Positions 51,223 to 59,058 of a DNA stretch of 59,058 nt are shown here, one piece after another. A model generated the notes under the pieces. That model did not search any database. It was not told the DNA's origin and saw nothing but the letters and a program-made list of their open reading frames with translations. Each line of letters starts with the position of its first letter. Position 1 is the first letter of the stretch. Both the position numbers and the translations under genes were made by a program. The stretch covers positions 1 through 59,058 of the forward strand of contig QWQU01000002.1 of the NCBI GenBank assembly GCA_003670735.1, read 5' to 3'. The DNA is from Chloroflexota bacterium. Its GTDB lineage: Bacteria; Chloroflexota; Dehalococcoidia; UBA2979.

Positions 51223-51993
51223 CTAGCCCGCAGCGACCGGGTTTGAGAGCACGCCGATGCCGCCGAGCTCAACCTCGACGATGTCACCAGCACTGAGCTG
51301 GCTCGTCGCGCCGGGGGTGCCTGTGTAGACGACGTCACCGGGCTCGAGCGTCATGGCGCTGGTGATGAAGGCGATGCATGCGCGCACCGAGTAGATCATC
51401 TCGCTGGTGCTGGCCTTCTGGACTTCCTTGCCGTTGAGGCGCACCTCGATGTCGATCGCCTCCGGGTCGAGGCCGGTCGTGATCCACGGGCCCATCGCGG
51501 TGAAGGTGTCGGAGGACTTGGCTCGCCACCACTGGAGGTCGCCGGCCTGCCACTCGCGGGCGGAGACGTCGTTGCCGCAGGTGTAGCCGAGCACGTAGTC
51601 GTCGACCTGATCCTCAGTGAGATTCTTCGCGCGACGGCTGATGACGGCAACGACCTCGCCCTCCTCATCCACGCGGCCGGCGTTCGGCGGCAGAATGATC
51701 GAGGACGAGGGGCCGATCAGCGAGTTGGGGGCCTTCAAGAACGGCTCCGGCTTCGACGGGATCGTGCGGTCGCCGATGTGCGTGTAGTAGTTCAGACCGA
51801 TGGCAACGATCTTGCCCGGCTGGATCGGCGCGAGCAGCTCGACCTGCGACATCGGATAGATGTCGCCCGTCTCCTGGAGGCTCCCCAGCGGGCCACCCTT
51901 CACGAGGTGGACTCGACGGCCGCGGATGATGGCCGTGCTGGTGCGCCCCTCGGCGCGTACGCGAGCGATTTTCAGGGACGTATTTCTTGCCAT
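51223..51993 (-). CDS. fumarylacetoacetate hydrolase (FAH) family protein
   Basis: 256 aa. ..KIVAIGLNYYTHIGD.., ..EGEVVAVISRRAKN.., ..GYTCGNDVSAREWQ.. and ..LEPGDVVYTGTPGA.. are FAH-family motifs. Confidence 0.85.
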   Translation of the reverse strand: MARNTSLKIARVRAEGRTSTAIIRGRRVHLVKGGPLGSLQETGDIYPMSQVELLAPIQPGKIVAIGLNYYTHIGDRTIPSKPEPFLKAPNSLIGPSSSIILPPNAGRVDEEGEVVAVISRRAKNLTEDQVDDYVLGYTCGNDVSAREWQAGDLQWWRAKSSDTFTAMGPWITTGLDPEAIDIEVRLNGKEVQKASTSEMIYSVRACIAFITSAMTLEPGDVVYTGTPGATSQLSAGDIVEVELGGIGVLSNPVAAG

Positions 51994-52154
51994 GGGGGCA
52001 CTCTAGCACTGGCTCGCGCGCCTCGGGCCAGTGGTGGGTGGGTGCGCTTTGCAGGGCCTGGAAGGGCGTCATTCCCGATCAGATTTGCGTGCTACCATTG
52101 GCCGCCGAGCGATACCCTGCCCCGGTACATGAACGCCCCTGAAGGAGGCCGACG

Positions 52155-53363
52155 CTGCTCGCCATCTACAACTCGATGACCGGCACCGTTGACCCGCTCG
52201 AGACCGTCGAGCCGAACGTGGCGCGCATGTACGTCTGCGGCATCACCCCCTACGACGTGGGGCACCTGGGGCACGCACTGACGTTCGTGGTCTTCGACAC
52301 CGTGCATCGCTACCTGGAGTTCTGCTCCTACGAGGTGCTGCACGTCCAGAACATCACAGACATCGATGACGACATGATCCGGAAGGCGAAGGAGCTGGGG
52401 ACCGACATCCCGACGCTCACCGACCGGAACCACAGCATCTACCTGGCGGAGATGGACGCACTGAACGTGCAGCGCCCGATGGCGTTCCCTCGGGTGTCCG
52501 AGTCGATTCCGCAGATCATCGAGCTGGTGCAAAGCCTGATCGACAACGGGCACGCCTATGTCGTGGACGGCTACGTGTTCTTCGACGCGACGAGCGCACC
52601 TCGATTCGGGGCGCTGAACCAGCGCACGCTGGAGCAGCTGCGCACGGATCCGCCGAAGAGCGACAGCATCCCCTCGGAACCTGCGCACCTGAAGCGTGAC
52701 CCGCTCGACTTCCTGCTCTGGCAGCCCTGTACCGAGGCGGACGCGCACTGGGACTCGCCGTGGGGCGAGGGCCGGCCGGGCTGGCACGTGGAGTGCTCAG
52801 CGATGGTGCGCGCGACGCTCGGCAACCGGATCGACATTCACGGCGGCGGCAAAGATCTGCGCTACCCGCACCACGAGTCAGAGATCGTGCAGTCCGAGTG
52901 TGCGAGCGGCGAAGCGCCGTACGTCGGCACCTGGATGCACATCGGCACCCTCATGCTCGACGGCGTGAAGATGTCGAAGTCGCTGGGCAACCTGGTGAAG
53001 GTGAGCGAGTTGCTCACCGAGGGCCACAGCCCCGACGCGATCCGCCTCGGACTGCTGGGCACGCACTACCGCGCCGACCACGACTGGTCGAACGACGAGC
53101 TCGAGGGGTGGGAGCGCAAGGCGTCGCTGCTGCGCACGGCGCTGCACGCACCGGGCGGCGGGCCTGACCGACTGCGCGTCGAGTCGCGCCGACTCGAGTT
53201 CATGGACGCGATGGACGACGACTTCGACACGCCAGCGGCGATCGAGATCCTGGTACGCATCGCCGAGGACATCATCGCGGGGCAGCTGGATGCGACGACG
53301 GCGAAGCCGACACTGGTCGAGCTAGCTGATGTGCTCGGTCTTCGCCTCGGACGCGAGGGTTAG
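52155..53363 (+). CDS. class-I cysteine ligase, MshC-like (CysRS paralog lacking the long C-terminal anticodon domain)
   Basis: The HIGH motif is HLGH and the KMSKS motif is VKMSKSLGN. ..PWGEGRPGWHVECSAM.. is also present. ..AIRLGLLGTHYRADHDWS.. resembles MshC more than CysRS. The protein is short, about 400 aa. The track start is ATG 52176. I extend it to CTG 52155, 6 nt after GGAGG, because conserved LLAIYNS precedes the ATG and an in-frame stop lies at 52140. Confidence 0.7.
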   Translation: MLAIYNSMTGTVDPLETVEPNVARMYVCGITPYDVGHLGHALTFVVFDTVHRYLEFCSYEVLHVQNITDIDDDMIRKAKELGTDIPTLTDRNHSIYLAEMDALNVQRPMAFPRVSESIPQIIELVQSLIDNGHAYVVDGYVFFDATSAPRFGALNQRTLEQLRTDPPKSDSIPSEPAHLKRDPLDFLLWQPCTEADAHWDSPWGEGRPGWHVECSAMVRATLGNRIDIHGGGKDLRYPHHESEIVQSECASGEAPYVGTWMHIGTLMLDGVKMSKSLGNLVKVSELLTEGHSPDAIRLGLLGTHYRADHDWSNDELEGWERKASLLRTALHAPGGGPDRLRVESRRLEFMDAMDDDFDTPAAIEILVRIAEDIIAGQLDATTAKPTLVELADVLGLRLGREG

Positions 53364-53452
53364 TCCGCAGGTCACAGTGCTTCGGGGCTTTGGCACGCAT
53401 CGTGTACGCTCTGTGTGGGTAGCGGGCGACTCCCGCACCCAAGGAGAGCTGT

Positions 53453-54748
53453 GTGTTATCCCTCGGCGGCCTGTTGGCCGTGCTGGTGCTCGTCTTCGTC
53501 AATGCCTGCTTCGTCGCTGCTGAGTACGCGCTCGTCACGGTCCGCAAGACACGTGTCGATCAGATGGTTGCTGAACGTCGTCCTGGTGCGCGGATTGTGG
53601 CCGAGGCGCGTGAGCGCCTCGATTCATATATCGCTGCGTGCCAGCTCGGGATCACGATGGCCAGTCTGGCGCTCGGTTGGGTCGGTGAGCCGGCGCTCGC
53701 GCACATCATCGAGCCGCTCACCGGGTGGATTGGCAGCCATGTCGTCTCGGTGATCATCTCGTTCGCGATCATCACGGCGATCGAGGTCACGGCGGGTGAG
53801 CTCGCGCCGAAGAGCGCGGCGCTGCAGCACCCGGAGCGCACGGCGCTGATCCTCGTGCCGGTGCTGCGTTTGTTCCTGATCGTGTTCCGGCCGGTGATCG
53901 CGGTGCTCAACGCAGGCGGTCAGCTGGTGGCGCGGATGATCGGCGCGGGCGGACTGGTCAGTGAGTCCTCGCACGTCAACGCCGAGGAGCTGCGATTGGT
54001 CGTGCAGGCGAGCGCGGAGGCCGGCGCGATCGACTCGGGCGAGCAGATCCTGCTCGACCGCGTGCTGCGCTTCGGCGACCTCAACGTCGCGAATATCATG
54101 GTGCCGCGCACCGAGGTGATCGCGCTGTCGATGGAGATGACGCCGGACGAGGTGCGCGAGATCGTGCGACAGCACAACTACTCGCGGTACCCGGTGTATC
54201 GGAAGGACATCGATGATCTGATCGGCGTGCTGCATGTGCGCGACCTGATGCTCGATGGGCACTCGCCCACGATCGGCTCATTGCTTCATGAGCCGATCGT
54301 GGTGCCGAGTCACATCGAGCTCGATCGCCTCGTCACGGCGATGCGCCAGCGGCGTGAGCACTTCGCGATCGCCGTGGACGAGTTCGGCGGCACGGACGGC
54401 ATCGTGACGCTCGAGGATGTGCTTGAGGCGATCCTCGGCGATGTGTCGGATGACGATGAGGGCGAGCAGTTCGTACAGCGCAGGCCGGATGGGAGCATTC
54501 GCATCGACGGCCTCGATAGCGTGGACGTACTCGACGAGCTGCTGGGGACGGCGGCCGACGAAGGGCCGTACAACACTGTTGGTGGTTATGTCATGGAGCG
54601 TGTAGGCCGCATCCCGGAGGTCGGCGACAGCGTCGAGCTTGGCGGCTACATCCTCGTGGTCACCGAGATGGACGAGATGCGGATCGCGTTCCTCGAAGCC
54701 CTGCCGATACCGGATCGCGTCTCGGACGCATCGAGCGAAAGCGCTTAG
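53453..54748 (+). CDS. CNNM/HlyC/CorC-family transporter (DUF21 + CBS pair + CorC_HlyC)
   Basis: 431 aa from GTG 53453, after AAGGAG. The N-terminal 4-TM DUF21 includes ..ACQLGITMASLALGWVGEPA.. A CBS pair follows, then the C-terminal ..YILVVTEMDEMRIAFLEA.. Confidence 0.85.
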   Translation: MLSLGGLLAVLVLVFVNACFVAAEYALVTVRKTRVDQMVAERRPGARIVAEARERLDSYIAACQLGITMASLALGWVGEPALAHIIEPLTGWIGSHVVSVIISFAIITAIEVTAGELAPKSAALQHPERTALILVPVLRLFLIVFRPVIAVLNAGGQLVARMIGAGGLVSESSHVNAEELRLVVQASAEAGAIDSGEQILLDRVLRFGDLNVANIMVPRTEVIALSMEMTPDEVREIVRQHNYSRYPVYRKDIDDLIGVLHVRDLMLDGHSPTIGSLLHEPIVVPSHIELDRLVTAMRQRREHFAIAVDEFGGTDGIVTLEDVLEAILGDVSDDDEGEQFVQRRPDGSIRIDGLDSVDVLDELLGTAADEGPYNTVGGYVMERVGRIPEVGDSVELGGYILVVTEMDEMRIAFLEALPIPDRVSDASSESA

Positions 54749-54751
54749 CCT

Positions 54752-55699
54752 CTACTGCTTCGGCGGCTCTGACTTTGCGTCTTCGGGCTTCGGGTCATCT
54801 CGATGCAGCTCGGCCTCGAAGGCATCGCGCACGTTTTTCGGGACAGTGAGACGTGCGGCGATACGAGCGGCGCGCAGCGCAGCACCCTTGAGCTCATCCT
54901 GGTGCTCACGCGCGTAGTCGGCGGCTTCCTGTGCGACGTGCTGGATGCGCGGGCCGGCAGCATCAGCGGCGCGCTGCACACGCTCGACAGCGTCTTCGGC
55001 GATGCCCTCGACGCGGTGAATGCCGCCAACGAAGCCTTCGCGTGCGCGCTGGTTGAGGTCCTCTCCAGCGAACCAGGCACCGCCCGTGCCGCGACGGATG
55101 TTCGGCGGGAGCGGCGTCAAGTTCTGGGGCTCCTCTGGCTCACCAAACGTGGGCTGCGGGTTCGGGGCGTCCTCGTGCACGCCGTCGCCTGATCCGACCA
55201 TCGTTGTCTCCTCGACGGGCACGTAGGTGTAGCGGAAGTCGCAGTACGCGGCGCCCTGCATGATCGTCTGCGTGCGCTCCAGCTTGAGGTTGGGCGAGTA
55301 GCCCTCCGACAGCGAGAAGTCGCGCACGCAGGAGAGCACGCTGCCGAGGTCGCGCGCGCCGAGACGCTGGTACATCTCCGCGAAGCGGCACTGCGTGACA
55401 TTGAAGTCGAGGTGCGTGGCATCGGTGCGCACGTCCTCGATCGTGAGGTCGCCGCCTGCGCCGCCCCATGAATCGCGCACCTGCGTGAAGCCCTCGAGAT
55501 CCTCGCGGCGGAGAGCCTGCGCGACGTCAGCGCCCTGCTCGCGCGCGATCGCCTCGATGGTCTCGCGGGCGAGGGTGTGCGCGCGCTCGACACCGAGCTC
55601 CAGCTCGAGGTGGCGGATGAAGGGGATGAGCACTTCGGCTTCGATGCCGCGGCGCTGGAGCAGCCGTTCCGGCTGGGTTTCGCCCTGAGGATTCGTCAT
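54752..55699 (-). CDS. L-2-amino-thiazoline-4-carboxylic acid hydrolase-like protein with ~150-aa C-terminal extension
   Basis: The N-terminal ~165 aa (..FNVTQCRFAEMYQRLGARDLGSVLSCVRDFSLSEGYSPNLKLERTQTIMQGAAYCDFRY) match my memory of the ATC-hydrolase family. The remainder is charged and low-complexity. Confidence 0.55.
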   Translation of the reverse strand: MTNPQGETQPERLLQRRGIEAEVLIPFIRHLELELGVERAHTLARETIEAIAREQGADVAQALRREDLEGFTQVRDSWGGAGGDLTIEDVRTDATHLDFNVTQCRFAEMYQRLGARDLGSVLSCVRDFSLSEGYSPNLKLERTQTIMQGAAYCDFRYTYVPVEETTMVGSGDGVHEDAPNPQPTFGEPEEPQNLTPLPPNIRRGTGGAWFAGEDLNQRAREGFVGGIHRVEGIAEDAVERVQRAADAAGPRIQHVAQEAADYAREHQDELKGAALRAARIAARLTVPKNVRDAFEAELHRDDPKPEDAKSEPPKQ

Positions 55700-55720
55700 T
55701 GGCCTAGGGTACTGCGCTCG

Positions 55721-56230
55721 TTAGCGACCGGTGTGCTGCCGCCACGCATCGACGATGCGTTGGTCATGCGGGAAGGCGAGATCGGGGAGCGCGTCGAGGG
55801 CGAACAAGCCGACCTCGTACGCCTCATCGCCGGGGGTGGGTTCGCCGGCGGTGATGGTGGCGGCATAGGCGACGAAGACGACGGGGTCGCCGGCGGTGCT
55901 GTAGACGCCGAGCAGCGAGTCGATGCGCACCTCGACGTTCGCTTCTTCGCGGGCCTCGCGCGCGGCAGCCTCCTCGACGACCTCGCCGCCGTCGACGAAG
56001 CCGGAGGGGAACGACCATTTGCCCATCATCGGCTCGTGGTTGCGGCGAATCAGCAGGATGCGGCCGTCGCGCTCGGCGACAACGCCAGCACCGACCTTCG
56101 GGTTCGACCAGCGGACGTAGCTGCAGCGCGGGCAATGCGGCAGGTTGCTCGGACCACCGTCGGGCAGCATCTCTGCGCCACAGACGGGGCAGTAGCCATG
56201 CTCGTGCTGGGCGGCGTCGTGCTGGGTCAT
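55721..56230 (-). CDS. NUDIX hydrolase with N-terminal zinc ribbon
   Basis: I place the start at ATG 56230 (MTQHDAAQHEHGYCPVCGAEM..CPRCSY..). The Nudix box is GKWSFPSGFVDGGEVVEEAAAREAREEANV. The track start at 56287 overlaps the upstream gene. Confidence 0.85.
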   Translation of the reverse strand: MTQHDAAQHEHGYCPVCGAEMLPDGGPSNLPHCPRCSYVRWSNPKVGAGVVAERDGRILLIRRNHEPMMGKWSFPSGFVDGGEVVEEAAAREAREEANVEVRIDSLLGVYSTAGDPVVFVAYAATITAGEPTPGDEAYEVGLFALDALPDLAFPHDQRIVDAWRQHTGR

Positions 56231-56234
56231 AGCG

Positions 56235-56981
56235 CTAGAAGAAAAGGACGACGCGTCGGAACTGCTCGATCGCGTGTCCCTGCTCATCCACCCAGCGCTC
56301 GCGGATCACCGGCGCGATGCTCTCGTCGAACTGGCTCTTGTGGAGCAGCAGCGCCTCGATCTTCAACTCCAGCACAGTGCTGATATCGACGTTGAAGGTG
56401 GGGTGGTTCGCGCCCCAGAGATAGAGCTCGCGGACCTTGTGCGGGCGCAGGCCGGCCTCGATGTGCTCCGGGAAGTTGAGGCGGTCACGCGCGGCGGGGT
56501 AGACGGCGTCCACGGTGGCGAGGCCGCTGATGCGGTGGTCGCTGTGGTTCACGAAGGAGTCCTGGATGATCACCGGCTCCGGGTCGTGCGTGTAGACGGC
56601 GAACGGCTGGAACTCGCGAATCTCGCGCACGATGGCACCGAGCAGCTCGCGTGAGTAGACGAGCTCGCCATCGGTGAAGCCGAGGAAGTGCACCTCTTGC
56701 ACGCCGATGTGGGCGGCGGCGACGCGCTGCTCCTCGGCACGGGTCGTGACGAGCAGTTCGGGCGTGAAGGCTTCGTCATCGGAGCCCTTGGAGCCGTTGG
56801 TGACGACGAGGTAGCGCACCTCCCAGCCGGCTCGGACGAGCAGCGCGGCGGTGCCGGCGGCGCCGAAGTCGGCGTCGTCGGGGTGCGCGGCGATGACCAT
56901 GGCGCGGCGGCGCTCGCCCTTGGAGGCGTCAGGCTCGCCCGGAGGCTGGTTGCCGAAGAGATCCTCAAGTCCAGATGCCAT
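56235..56981 (-). CDS. PIG-L/LmbE-family N-acetylglucosaminyl deacetylase
   Basis: 248 aa. ..AMVIAAHPDDADFGAAGTAALLVRAGWEVRYLVVTNGSKG.. and ..HSDH.. are the PIG-L zinc-site motifs. Confidence 0.85.
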   Translation of the reverse strand: MASGLEDLFGNQPPGEPDASKGERRRAMVIAAHPDDADFGAAGTAALLVRAGWEVRYLVVTNGSKGSDDEAFTPELLVTTRAEEQRVAAAHIGVQEVHFLGFTDGELVYSRELLGAIVREIREFQPFAVYTHDPEPVIIQDSFVNHSDHRISGLATVDAVYPAARDRLNFPEHIEAGLRPHKVRELYLWGANHPTFNVDISTVLELKIEALLLHKSQFDESIAPVIRERWVDEQGHAIEQFRRVVLFF

Positions 56982-56993
56982 CGCTCCACCCTA

Positions 56994-57062
56994 CCGGCGC
57001 AGCCGGCTTTCGCCCAGCCGGCACGGCCGGTTTTCGCCCGGCGTTACGTGGCGTCGGGCGAA
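56994..57062 (+). repeat. three copies of the hairpin/TTTCGCCC(A/G)GC module (two direct, one inverted) in the PIG-L/lexA divergent region
   Basis: The sequence reads CCGGCgcaGCCGG-CTTTCGCCCAGC, then CCGGcacggCCGG-TTTTCGCCCGGC, then inverted CGGGCGAAG at 57054..57062. The core is the same as at the ends of five minus-strand genes or repeat tails. Confidence 0.45.
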
Positions 57063-57120
57063 GTCGAACGGGTGTGTCAAAACGATTGACGGTGCGCGGA
57101 GGATTGAGTACGTTTGTTGC

Positions 57121-57132
57121 GAACATCTGTGC
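57121..57132. promoter_or_regulatory. candidate LexA box (imperfect GAAC-N4-GTTC)
   Basis: GAACATCTGTGC lies about 108 nt upstream of the lexA ATG and has one mismatch to the Gram-positive-type SOS box. No better palindrome is seen closer to the start. Confidence 0.3.
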
Positions 57133-57239
57133 CCCACACTCGTGGGGTGGGCCTCGCCCAGCGTTGCTGGTGCGTGGGCAGGCATTCAGGGGTGGTCTCT
57201 CGCAAGGAGGCCAAATGCGGTGGGTACGTAGGAGTTTCT

Positions 57240-57872
57240 ATGGCTGACGGACTGTCGGAGAAGCAGCAGCGGATCCTGGATTACGTACAGGAGTTCCTGG
57301 ACGAGCACGACTACCCGCCCTCGATCCGGGACATCCAGCAGGGCTGCGAGATCTCCTCGACCTCCGTCGTCGACTACAACCTGAAGCGACTCGAGGAGCG
57401 CGGGCTACTGCGCCGCGACCGCGAGATCTCGCGGGCCATCCAGCTGCCAGGCGCCCAGTCGCGCCGGCGCGTCCTGACTGTGCCGGTGCTCGGGAAGATC
57501 GCGGCTGGTCTGCCGATCCCCACGCCGCCCGAGGTGCTGCCAGAGGGCTACGACGAGATCGAGGTCACTGACGAGCAGGTGAAAGGCCGCACCAACGCCT
57601 TCGCACTGCGCGTCGAGGGCACCTCGATGATCGATGCGCTGATCAACGATGGCGACATCGTGATCCTCGAGCCGACGCAGAGCTGTGACGACGGTGACGT
57701 TGTGGCGGTGTGGCTGAAGGCCGAGAACGAGACGACGCTAAAGAAGTTCTTCCACGAGGGCGACCGCATTCGCCTGCAGCCAATGAACACGACGATGCAG
57801 GCGTTCTACACCTCGCCTGACAACATCGAGGTGCAGGGCAAGGTCCTCTCAGCCATCCGCCAATCCTGGTAG
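57240..57872 (+). CDS. lexA: LexA repressor
   Basis: I place the start at ATG 57240, after AGGAG (MADGLSEKQQRILDYVQEFLDEHDYPPSIRDIQ..). The cleavage-site context is ..VLGKIAAGLPI.. The S24 peptidase region is ..LRVEGTSMIDALINDGDIVILE.. with ..TLKKF.. Confidence 0.92.
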   Translation: MADGLSEKQQRILDYVQEFLDEHDYPPSIRDIQQGCEISSTSVVDYNLKRLEERGLLRRDREISRAIQLPGAQSRRRVLTVPVLGKIAAGLPIPTPPEVLPEGYDEIEVTDEQVKGRTNAFALRVEGTSMIDALINDGDIVILEPTQSCDDGDVVAVWLKAENETTLKKFFHEGDRIRLQPMNTTMQAFYTSPDNIEVQGKVLSAIRQSW

Positions 57873-57903
57873 GCGACTCGTCGCTTTTTCTCGCTAGCGC
57901 TGC

Positions 57904-57943
57904 AACGAGCGTGCTCTTCTGGGCACGCTCGTTTGTTTGTGTG
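57904..57943 (+). terminator. rho-independent terminator after lexA
   Basis: AACGAGCGTGC-tcttctgg-GCACGCTCGTT followed by TGTTTGTGTG. Confidence 0.65.
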
Positions 57944-58041
57944 CGGTTTCGGCAGGGCTGTGCGTGGGGACGCGATGCCGGTGCGATGGGCATCTCGGTC
58001 TGATGTGCGTGGAGCGGATGCTCGCGCACTGAGGAGTTGCC

Positions 58042-59058
58042 ATGCCGTCGCTGCAGCCGTTGTGGGTGGATCGCACTGACCAGCGACGGTACGAGCGGCT
58101 GACCGGTGAGATCGAGGCCGATGTCGCGGTGATCGGCGCGGGGATCGTGGGGGCCACGGCGGCGCTGCTGCTGCGACAGCAGGGGTTGCGTGTGGTGCTG
58201 CTCGAGGCGCTGCGTGTGGGCGCGCAGGTCACGGGCGGCTCGAGCGCGAAGGTGACGTCGCAGCACTCGATGATCTATCGCGATCTCTCGAAGATCTTCG
58301 ATGCACAGCTCGCGCGACGCTACGGCGCGGCGAACGAGTGGGCGCTCGGCGAGGTCGAACGGATGGTGAGCGCACTCGGGATCGAGTGCGCGTTCGAGCG
58401 CCGCTCGGCATACACGTATGCGATCACTCCGGAGCGCGAAGACGACCTCCGCGACGAGGCACGGATCGCAACAGAGCTCGGGCTACCCGCGCAATTCACC
58501 TCGAACGTGCCGTTGCCGTTCTCAACGGTTGGCGCAGTGCGCTTCGACGAGCAGGCGCAGTTTGATTCGTTCGCGTACACGGCCGGCCTCGTCGCTGCAT
58601 TCGATCGCGAGGGTGGGCCGGTGTTCGAGGAGAGCCGCGTGACGTCGCTCGACGATCATGGCGGCGTGACCGTGCGCACCGAGGCGGGTGTCGTACGGGC
58701 TCGTGACGTGATCATCGCAACGACGCTGCCGTTCATCGACGACGGCATGTACTACACACGCACCACGCCGAAGGCACACGCGGTGATCGCGGCACGCGTC
58801 ACCAGCGAGCCAGTCGATGGCATGTTCATCAGCATCGACGACCCCACGCGCTCGATGCGATCGGCGCGACGCGGCGACCATCACTGGCTGCTCGTGGTCG
58901 GGCCGGCGTACACGCCGGGTGACTCGGATACCGCGCAGGAGCTCGCGACGATCGAGGCGTTCGCGCGCGAGCATTTCCAGGTCGAGGGGATCGACTATCG
59001 CTGGTGGAACGAGGACTACTACTCGGTCGATCGGCTGCCGTACATCGGGCGCATCGAG
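58042..59058 (+). CDS. FAD-dependent oxidoreductase (DAO family), 3'-truncated by window edge
   Basis: It is absent from the ORF track because it has no stop in the window. My own translation from ATG 58042, after GAGGAG, is MPSLQPLWVDRTDQRRYERLTGEIEADVAVIGAGIVGATAALLLRQQGLRVVLLEA.. The frame is open for all 339 codons to base 59058. Confidence 0.8.
   Translation, partial: MPSLQPLWVDRTDQRRYERLTGEIEADVAVIGAGIVGATAALLLRQQGLRVVLLEALRVGAQVTGGSSAKVTSQHSMIYRDLSKIFDAQLARRYGAANEWALGEVERMVSALGIECAFERRSAYTYAITPEREDDLRDEARIATELGLPAQFTSNVPLPFSTVGAVRFDEQAQFDSFAYTAGLVAAFDREGGPVFEESRVTSLDDHGGVTVRTEAGVVRARDVIIATTLPFIDDGMYYTRTTPKAHAVIAARVTSEPVDGMFISIDDPTRSMRSARRGDHHWLLVVGPAYTPGDSDTAQELATIEAFAREHFQVEGIDYRWWNEDYYSVDRLPYIGRIE

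Overview
High-GC bacterial chromosomal segment (by eye about two-thirds to 70% G+C), densely coding on both strands. I call about 55 protein genes and one tRNA-His. No rRNA, CRISPR array, transposase or integrase is visible.

Gene content, left to right:
- 1-7.5 kb: a 5'-truncated MBL-fold hydrolase and chrA. Then a minus-strand operon of coaE (with a long Ala/Lys/Pro-rich tail), a CbbQ/NorQ-type AAA+ ATPase and a 1099-aa CbbO/NorD-like VWA protein.
- 7.7-16.6 kb: a fatty-acid oxidation block with etfA, etfB, a membrane Fe-S EtfD-like oxidoreductase, an acyl-CoA synthetase and two enoyl-CoA hydratases. Uncharacterised small paralog pairs are embedded in it.
- 16.7-23.2 kb: hydrolase and SDR genes, membrane and hypothetical genes, and ilvE.
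- 23.2-24.0 kb: an ORF-free, repeat-dense region.
- 24.0-33.2 kb: ankyrin and HDOD proteins, then a glycan cluster (flippase, HddA-like kinase, gmhA, GT2, secreted protein, GT-C membrane protein, degenerate Gfo/Idh/MocA-like protein).
- 33.6-36.7 kb: a CBS protein, a lone flagellin gene and a convergent YkgJ/FliB-like cysteine-cluster protein.
- 37.0-40.7 kb: a TauE/SafE-family exporter, mgtE, a flavin reductase and a visibly lower-GC orphan gene.
- 40.9-46.0 kb: an MFS exporter with a GntR/HutC regulator, an SLT plus degenerate-LytM cell-wall protein, tRNA-His and a PDZ lipoprotein.
- 46.0-49.5 kb: a small lower-GC islet, then a cNMP-binding/DUF2225 protein, a beta-propeller protein and a Cys-rich protein.
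- 49.6-59.1 kb: a tandem CN-hydrolase, an FAH-family protein, an MshC/CysS-like ligase, a CNNM/CorC protein, an ATC-hydrolase-like protein, NUDIX, a PIG-L deacetylase, lexA and a 3'-truncated FAD oxidoreductase.

Most unusual observations:
1. A structured intergenic repeat family occurs in four same-orientation copies. Two of its hairpins keep pairing through compensatory base changes, and it carries a canonical G3N1 G-quadruplex motif. A recurrent hairpin + TTTCGCCCAGC module is associated with it.
2. CoaE is fused to a histone-H1-like tail about 208 aa long and is translationally coupled to an orphan MoxR/VWA pair.
3. A lone flagellin is bracketed by repeat copies and lies next to a possible flagellin-modifying enzyme and a glycan cluster.
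4. An uncharacterised cluster at 46.2-49.5 kb combines zinc-ribbon, coiled-coil, cNMP/DUF2225, propeller and Cys-rich proteins.

Taxonomy is not determinable from here. The MshC-like ligase, PIG-L deacetylase, EtfD-like protein and AKP tail hint at Actinomycetota-like biology, but this is only an inference. All family calls come from motif recognition by eye, not from database searches.
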